From: Fervidicoccaceae archaeon
GTDB lineage: Archaea; Thermoproteota; Thermoprotei_A; Sulfolobales; Fervidicoccaceae
Length of the DNA stretch: 64,000 nt
Assembly: GCA_038734945.1 (NCBI GenBank)
Contig: JAVYOA010000002.1
Coordinates: forward strand, 62,001-126,000
Direction: 5' to 3'
In this document: positions 58,129 to 64,000 of the stretch, piece after piece
Position numbering within the stretch: position 1 is the first letter of the stretch
Layout of the letters: every line of letters starts with the position of its first letter
The notes under the pieces: generated by a model
The model's database searches: none
What the model saw: only the letters and a program-made list of their open reading frames with translations
What the model was told of the DNA's origin: nothing
Program-made: the position numbers and the translations under genes

Positions 58129-59121
58129 GTGGTAAGATTGTCTGGCGCTGATTCGCACTTACTCTGGGCTGAAAAGTATAGACCTAGGTCTCTCAGTGAG
58201 ATAATAAATCAAGAGGATGTTGTTGTGAGATTGAAAAGATTTGTTGAGGAAAAAAACATACCACATATGCTCTTTGCTGGACCTCCTGGTACAGGAAAAA
58301 CAACTGCAGCTCTTGCTTTTGCTCATGATTTATACGGCGAAGGGTATCAGCAATACATCCTAGAAATGAACGCTTCGGATGAGAGGGGTATAGAGGACAT
58401 AAGAACTAAGGTGAAAGAATTCGCTAGAGCAAGAGTGGTGGGAACTGTTCCCTTCAAGCTCATAATATTGGATGAAGCAGATAACATGACAGCTGATGCT
58501 CAGCAAGCTTTGAGGAGGATGATGGAGAACTTTACCTCCACTAGCAGGTTCATTCTCATAGCTAATTATGCTAGCAAAATAATTGAACCGATCCAGTCGA
58601 GAACTGCTCTGTTCAGATTCACTCCATTGAGCAGAGAACAGGTTGTGAGTAGGCTGAAATGGATAGCAGAGAGAGAGGGGATTAAATATGAAGATAAGGC
58701 ACTTGACGCGATCTATGAGATAAGCGAAGGAGACATGAGAAAGGCAATCAATTTATTACAGTCATCAAGCGGAGTCGGAAAGGTCACTGTGGAGGTTGTC
58801 TACAAAGTCATAGGTCTAGCACAGCCGAAGGAAATAAGGGAAATGGTGAGTAGCGCTTTGGAGGGAAGATTTGATCTGGCCAGAGAGCGCCTCAGGAGGC
58901 TAATGATAGATTATGGACTGAGCGGTGTAGATATAATAAAGCAAGTGCATAGAGAGATCTTCGGTCCAGATCTCCAGCTATCAGAAGAGCAGCGCCTTCT
59001 CATAGCTGATTATGCAGGAGAGATCCTATTTCGGATGGTTGAAGGAGCTGATGATGAAATACAGATGAATAGCTTTTTGGCTTGGCTCGTTCTTCTCGGT
59101 AGAAGAATATCGCAGGAATGA
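58129..59121 (+). CDS. rfcS: Replication factor C small subunit
   Basis: WAEKYRP, GPPGTGKT, NASDERG, LDEAD, IQSRT, GDMRK. Confidence 0.97.
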   Translation: MVRLSGADSHLLWAEKYRPRSLSEIINQEDVVVRLKRFVEEKNIPHMLFAGPPGTGKTTAALAFAHDLYGEGYQQYILEMNASDERGIEDIRTKVKEFARARVVGTVPFKLIILDEADNMTADAQQALRRMMENFTSTSRFILIANYASKIIEPIQSRTALFRFTPLSREQVVSRLKWIAEREGIKYEDKALDAIYEISEGDMRKAINLLQSSSGVGKVTVEVVYKVIGLAQPKEIREMVSSALEGRFDLARERLRRLMIDYGLSGVDIIKQVHREIFGPDLQLSEEQRLLIADYAGEILFRMVEGADDEIQMNSFLAWLVLLGRRISQE

Positions 59122-59127
59122 TCAGGA

Positions 59128-60480
59128 ATGTCCGCTGAGAGCTATATTCCATGGACAGTGAAGTACAGGCCAAGAAGCATATCGGAATATATCAACCAAG
59201 ATGAGGCAAAGACACTGCTGTTAAATTGGATGAGATCCTGGGAAAGAGGTGCCCCAAGCAAGAAGAGCGTCATATTGTATGGCCCTCCGGGAGTTGGAAA
59301 GACTTCATTGGTGGAGGCTATAGCAGGAGATATCAATGCCGAAATAGTGGAAACAAATGCCAGCGATTTCAGGAGAAAGGAGGACATAGAGAGAAGGATA
59401 AAGCCTGCAGCAACAAAGATGACCCTTTCTGGAAAAAGGAGAATAATACTTATAGATGAGGTTGATGGGCTATCAGGGACGGCTGATAAGGGGGGGATCG
59501 AGAGTCTTCTTGAGCTAATATCCATAACCAAGCATCCAATAATAATGACTGCTAACAATCCCTTTCACCCAGATTTAAGACCCATTAGAGATGCCTCGAC
59601 AACGATAGAGCTGAAGAAGCTTCATCAAAGAGATGTGATAAATGTTCTAAAGAGAATTTGTGAAAGAGAAAATGTTCAATGTGAGGAAGAAGCGTTGAAA
59701 ATAATTCATGGGAAGAACGAAGGAGATCTAAGAGCTTCGATAAATGATCTCCAGGGAATAGCCCAGAGCTTTGGAAAGGTAACCGCTTCGCTGGCAAACG
59801 AGCTAATATACTATAGAGATAGGGAAATAAATCCATTTGATACGCTGAGAACGATCTTCACATCCAGGTCATCCTGGCAGAGCAAACTGGCAATCTCCCA
59901 CTCACAGGTCGATACGGATTCCCTGATCGAATGGATCTCTGAGAACATACCCGTTCAGTTGACGGAACCTGAGGATATTTACCTAGCCTATCAATCTCTA
60001 TCTAGAGCAGATGTGTACAGGGGAAGGATGAGGAGAACGCAGAACTATGACTTTCTCACCTATGTAGTGGATATGATTGGTCCCGGCATATCTCTATCGA
60101 GAAAGAGAACAAAGTTCAAATGGGTGAAATATGAGTTCCCGAAAAAAATAAAGATGCTAGGTGAAACGAAGAGGGCTAGAGAGCTGCGAGAAAGCGCTGC
60201 TAGGAAGATAGCAGCTGTTCTTCACTGTTCCAAGGAAACAGCGAAGAGCGGGATTTTTCCAATGCTCAAAGCAATGTATGCCATGAATCCTTCCAAGGCT
60301 CGGAGCATAATGGAGGGCTTAAAGCTCGAAGATGAAGAAGTCAGAGTGATAGTAGGAAAAGTCAAGGAAGATGAAGCTCATGGAGAGGAATTCATGGGTC
60401 CCAAGAAAAAAGAAGCTGCTCCCGAAGAATCTGAGGAGAAGGGAGGGAAGAAGCCCAGGAGAGAGAGGAGATCAGGCTAG
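59128..60480 (+). CDS. rfcL: Replication factor C large subunit
   Basis: PWTVKYRP, GPPGVGKT, NASD, IDEVDG, GDLRASINDLQ, WISEN, SRAD. Confidence 0.95.
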   Translation: MSAESYIPWTVKYRPRSISEYINQDEAKTLLLNWMRSWERGAPSKKSVILYGPPGVGKTSLVEAIAGDINAEIVETNASDFRRKEDIERRIKPAATKMTLSGKRRIILIDEVDGLSGTADKGGIESLLELISITKHPIIMTANNPFHPDLRPIRDASTTIELKKLHQRDVINVLKRICERENVQCEEEALKIIHGKNEGDLRASINDLQGIAQSFGKVTASLANELIYYRDREINPFDTLRTIFTSRSSWQSKLAISHSQVDTDSLIEWISENIPVQLTEPEDIYLAYQSLSRADVYRGRMRRTQNYDFLTYVVDMIGPGISLSRKRTKFKWVKYEFPKKIKMLGETKRARELRESAARKIAAVLHCSKETAKSGIFPMLKAMYAMNPSKARSIMEGLKLEDEEVRVIVGKVKEDEAHGEEFMGPKKKEAAPEESEEKGGKKPRRERRSG

Positions 60481-61216
60481 AAGCAACTTCTTCTGCTGAA
60501 TAAATTGATAGATGTCTATATGGGGTCATGACTCTGGATAGTATTAGTCTCTCCGCCTCAGCTTCCCCGCCTTCCCACTTGCTCAAATTTTCCTCAAAAG
60601 TTAAGCTCTCATCGTATTTACGAAAGAAGGAAACAAGCCTCCTGACGAAGTGATATATAAAAGATTCTCCTCGGATCCTCAAAATTAAGCTCTTTCCCCT
60701 ATTTTCTATTTGGATGCTAATAAGCCTCCTATCAAAGTACTTTTGTGGAAACGAATCGATCTTGAAATTTTTGTAAAAATGCCTGAGTGTTTCAAGAGAG
60801 ATAACCTTTTGAGCTGCTTCTCTCAGCGAGTCCACACTTGACCTGTATTTTTCAATAACATCGAAGTATACATATTCTCTCCATAGAGCCCAATATCTTA
60901 TTCTGAACTGTGGAGGCAGAGATTGCCTGATCCCCCAAACTTTCAGTCCTGGACATTCTCTATTTAAAACTTCAGCAATTTTCTCCAGAGAGCATCCCTC
61001 TGGAAGCGATAGGGATATGATCTGCCCAAGCGCGCTGACTCCCCTGTCAGTTCTTCCTCCATGACTATATGTATACTTGGAAATCTCATCAAAGCAAGAA
61101 CTATTTTTCATTGTTGATAATATGCATCCTTCTACGGTGGGGAGTCCTGGCTGGTATTGAAATCCGTGATAGTGTGTTCCAACATAGGAGAAAAGGATAT
61201 ATGAGATATGCCTCAT
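60392..61216 (-). CDS. truA: tRNA pseudouridine(38-40) synthase
   Basis: YVGTHYHGFQYQP, TVEG, GRTDRGVSA, GESFIYHFVR. Confidence 0.85.
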   Translation of the reverse strand: MRHISYILFSYVGTHYHGFQYQPGLPTVEGCILSTMKNSSCFDEISKYTYSHGGRTDRGVSALGQIISLSLPEGCSLEKIAEVLNRECPGLKVWGIRQSLPPQFRIRYWALWREYVYFDVIEKYRSSVDSLREAAQKVISLETLRHFYKNFKIDSFPQKYFDRRLISIQIENRGKSLILRIRGESFIYHFVRRLVSFFRKYDESLTFEENLSKWEGGEAEAERLILSRVMTPYRHLSIYSAEEVASSLISSLSWASSLPSPQILREQLLFSWDP

Positions 61217-62364
61217 TTCTTCTCCCGTTGAATTGCCCTCTCAATCCCCTTCAAGAGCTCCTCCAGATGCTTTCTCGTTACGTGGGGCATTACAACAGTC
61301 CTTATCCCCCTGCATTTTGCACCTCTGTACACATACAATTTCAGCTCAGCAAGCTCCTCAATGAGCTTTCTAGCGTCTATTTCTTCATCAGTGCTAAGGC
61401 AGGCAATAGGAACATCTGGACGGTTCACTGCCTTTCCTACTCTCATTCTTTCGGCCTCGCTGAGGAACCAGAGAGCATCGTTATAAGCTCTATTCGACAT
61501 AGAAGCTATTCCGTCTTCTCCGTAATATGCTAGCGTAGCTAGAGCTGCTGGAGATGAGAAGCCAGGCCTTGTGCCAAGTAGACCAAACTGCTTTCCAGAT
61601 AATATATACTCTACATCAAATGAAAGCGTCTTGAAAAGCTCCTCAGGAAGAAATATTATTCCTGAGGGAATGGGAGCTCCCAAGAACTTATGAAAGTCCA
61701 CGCTCAAGGTAAATGCAAAATTTCTTGAATTGAGCCAGTTGATTATTCTGGAGTAATTGCTCCGATCAATGAATGGAAATGTGAAGCCTCCAAAAGCTGC
61801 ATCTATATGAATTGGGATATCGCTATTTTCATCTATCAGCTCCCTGGGATCCTCTACGCTACCAAGCTCAGTTGTTCCCATCGTGAGCACGATCCCCGTT
61901 TTTTCGATATTATTCTTTTTCAATTCAAAGGCCTTGCCCTTTCCCGAAGCATCCGTGGGGAAAGTTATCTCTTTGAGATTGAGCAGTTTGGCTGCCTTCG
62001 AGATGCTATAGTGTGCCAGATCTGTATGAAGCACCTCTCGGATGCCTAGTGCTTCCCTAAAAGTATATAGAGCAAGAATGTTTGATTCTGTCCCTCCACT
62101 TGTTATAATTCCCTTCAAATTTTCAGGGAGGCTCAAGAGCCTTCTCGTCTCCTCTATAAGCTTATCTGTAATTTGCTGCAAGCTCTTGAATAGGGTTGGG
62201 TCTCCCAGATTTTTCGATATAAAGTGGACAACAACTTTGATAGCTTCAGGAGGAGGGGGTGTAGTCATTGAACCCAAGACTTCGCCGCTTTCATGCCTTG
62301 GATCCTCTTGCGACAAGTTGTATATCCATTCTATTATGTTATCTTTATCCAAAATTGTTATCAC
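61213..62364 (-). CDS. mfnA: Group II PLP decarboxylase, MfnA type (L-tyrosine/L-aspartate decarboxylase)
   Basis: LGSMTT, NLGDP, TSGGTESN, HYSISKA, GTTELG, HIDAAFGG, DFHK, GTRPG, VMPH. Confidence 0.9.
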   Translation of the reverse strand: MITILDKDNIIEWIYNLSQEDPRHESGEVLGSMTTPPPPEAIKVVVHFISKNLGDPTLFKSLQQITDKLIEETRRLLSLPENLKGIITSGGTESNILALYTFREALGIREVLHTDLAHYSISKAAKLLNLKEITFPTDASGKGKAFELKKNNIEKTGIVLTMGTTELGSVEDPRELIDENSDIPIHIDAAFGGFTFPFIDRSNYSRIINWLNSRNFAFTLSVDFHKFLGAPIPSGIIFLPEELFKTLSFDVEYILSGKQFGLLGTRPGFSSPAALATLAYYGEDGIASMSNRAYNDALWFLSEAERMRVGKAVNRPDVPIACLSTDEEIDARKLIEELAELKLYVYRGAKCRGIRTVVMPHVTRKHLEELLKGIERAIQREKK

Positions 62365-62411
62365 CCCAGTACAGGGCTAGAAGCTTATAGAGATCACAAG
62401 TTTAAAAAAGG

Positions 62412-63842
62412 TTAAATCGGCTTAATCTTGAGATATGGAAATAGAAGCTGTATTATCCCTAGTCCTAGCAGCAAGATAAGTATGGATAAAGCTATGTAGG
62501 AAGTTTTCAGTTTCATCTTCTGGTCGGAGCTACTGCCATCAGAGAAAAGCGCTGATATTAGCCTTCCATAATAGAAGCTGGAAATTCCGCTGTTTATTAT
62601 TGCAATGAGGACTAATACCAGACTATATGAAATTGCTGATTCGAACAAATACAGCTTTCCCCAAAACCCTATGAGAGGTGGAAGTCCCAGGAGACTTAGG
62701 AGAAACAGTGCGAGAGATGCTGTGCTGGAAGAATCGCTCTTGTATAGACCCTTAATTTTTTCATATTGAGCAGCAATCCCCAGCTCTCCAGAAAAAAGAA
62801 ATGCTCCTGATTTCGATAGACCATACCCAATCGTTTGAACAGCAATTCCTCCAGAAGCAAGATAAATTAGCTGTTCATCTCCTGTTGAAGCACCGTATAG
62901 CATGCCTACTACTCCGACGAGAATGTATCCGATCTGAGCTATGCTGCTGTATGCGAGAATTCTGGGGAATATGTTCGTTGTAAGGGCAGCTATATTCCCA
63001 AAAGTCATGGTGAGAATGCTTATGGCAGCAATGAATAATATTAGTTGGTAGCTTGGGCCTATATAGAACGTATAGTATATCATTCTTGTGAAGCCAAGAA
63101 TTGCTCCCATTTTAGCGACTCCTGTTATGAGTGCTATGGCCTTCCCTTCAGCAGAGGAATAGACGTCTGGCATCCACCATTGAAAGGGAACGATCCCTAG
63201 CTTGAAGCCAACACCTGCTATCAGGAATGCTGATGCTAACAACAGAAGCTTTCCACTGCCATACCAGCTTGCTGAATATATGTTGTCTCCTGGCAAGTAG
63301 ATGCCTGTGCCAAGCCACATAACTATGAAAACTGTAGACATAGCACCCATAAGAGCATACTTTATGGAAGCATCCGATGAAGTCTTTGTTTTACTCGCCG
63401 CTATAGCAGTATAGGATGAAATGCTCAAAAGAAGCCAAGCAGAAATGAAGAGAGCTATGGATGATGATGTGGCGAGCAAAAAGCTACCGAGCATTACCAT
63501 GAAGCTAGATGATGAGAAGATTGCCATCTTCTGAGGACTGGAAAACTCAAGTGCAGTTGATGAGAGAACCAACTGAAGTATGAATGCCCCGAACATCATT
63601 GGGATAACTGCGAAGCCGTCATATACAATTATCCCGTTGAGGGCAGAGGAAAATTGGGATGTGATTGTTAGATAAGATATGTAGGATACGGCTCCTAGCT
63701 CCAGCAGTCCGAAGATCAGGGAGAGCATGACAATTTTCTTCCTGTCTCCATTAAATGCGAATCCCTGGAGTAAAATTAATACGGATGCTATTACGGGAAT
63801 ACCTATGACAGCTAGAGCACCAATATTATTCATGTTCATCAT
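62412..63842 (-). CDS. nuoN: NADH-quinone oxidoreductase-like subunit N (start revised to ATG 63842)
   Basis: SIKY, FKLGIVPFQWWMPDVY, GNIAAL, RILAYSSIAQIGY, SLLGLPPLIGFWGK; GAGGTG RBS. Confidence 0.92.
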   Translation of the reverse strand: MMNMNNIGALAVIGIPVIASVLILLQGFAFNGDRKKIVMLSLIFGLLELGAVSYISYLTITSQFSSALNGIIVYDGFAVIPMMFGAFILQLVLSSTALEFSSPQKMAIFSSSSFMVMLGSFLLATSSSIALFISAWLLLSISSYTAIAASKTKTSSDASIKYALMGAMSTVFIVMWLGTGIYLPGDNIYSASWYGSGKLLLLASAFLIAGVGFKLGIVPFQWWMPDVYSSAEGKAIALITGVAKMGAILGFTRMIYYTFYIGPSYQLILFIAAISILTMTFGNIAALTTNIFPRILAYSSIAQIGYILVGVVGMLYGASTGDEQLIYLASGGIAVQTIGYGLSKSGAFLFSGELGIAAQYEKIKGLYKSDSSSTASLALFLLSLLGLPPLIGFWGKLYLFESAISYSLVLVLIAIINSGISSFYYGRLISALFSDGSSSDQKMKLKTSYIALSILILLLGLGIIQLLFPYLKIKPI

Positions 63843-63852
63843 GATAACCACC

Positions 63853-64000
63853 TCACACAATCAGTAGCAATATGACCATGATTATCAGTCCAGCAATGAA
63901 GTAGAGAAGGTACGAGTAGAAATCACCGGTTAGAGGCTTTCTAAATCTTCTGCTAATTTCTCCTATTCCCCTTGGAAGCGAGTAATCGATGAGAAGATCC
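63853..64000 (-). CDS. nuoL: C-terminal fragment of a NuoL-like subunit (runs off the right edge)
   Basis: Not in ORF track; DLLIDYSLPRGIGEISRRFRKPLTGDFYSYLLYFIAGLIIMVILLLIV* resembles the NuoL lateral-helix end + last TM; directly upstream of nuoN. Confidence 0.7.
   Translation of the reverse strand, partial: DLLIDYSLPRGIGEISRRFRKPLTGDFYSYLLYFIAGLIIMVILLLIV

Noticed and set aside
1..64000. CRISPR arrays, IS elements, rRNA, tRNA introns
   Set aside because: No regularly spaced repeats, transposase motifs, long GC-rich RNA blocks or intron insertions seen by eye

Overview
Gene-dense archaeal chromosomal segment. Gene content (GINS23, crenarchaeal-type arginine decarboxylase, DUF2192, GGTGA-type ribosome binding sites) suggests Thermoproteota/Crenarchaeota, possibly Desulfurococcales or Fervidicoccales (inference). 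Left end: a type IV pilus locus with a pilin, TadC/AapF-type platform, TadA/AapE-type ATPase, a 982-aa membrane-anchored beta-propeller/beta-sandwich surface protein and a small coiled-coil protein. Middle: a nucleoside-degradation cluster (PfkB kinase, uridine phosphorylase, AMP phosphorylase), Lhr helicase, NAD kinase-NOB1, AglB, tRNA-modification genes, a MoxR/RavA-vWA pair, AsnRS, and a B12-radical SAM + MmgE/PrpD pair. Right: a replication cluster (Cdc6/Orc1, Hel308, intein-containing MCM, GINS, RFC-S/L), TruA, MfnA and the end of a Nuo-like operon. RNA genes read from the sequence: tRNA-Leu(CAG), tRNA-Leu(TAG), tRNA-Asn(GTT) and a box C/D guide sRNA. I saw no CRISPR array, integrase, transposase or rRNA. 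All family calls come from motif recognition by eye, not database searches.
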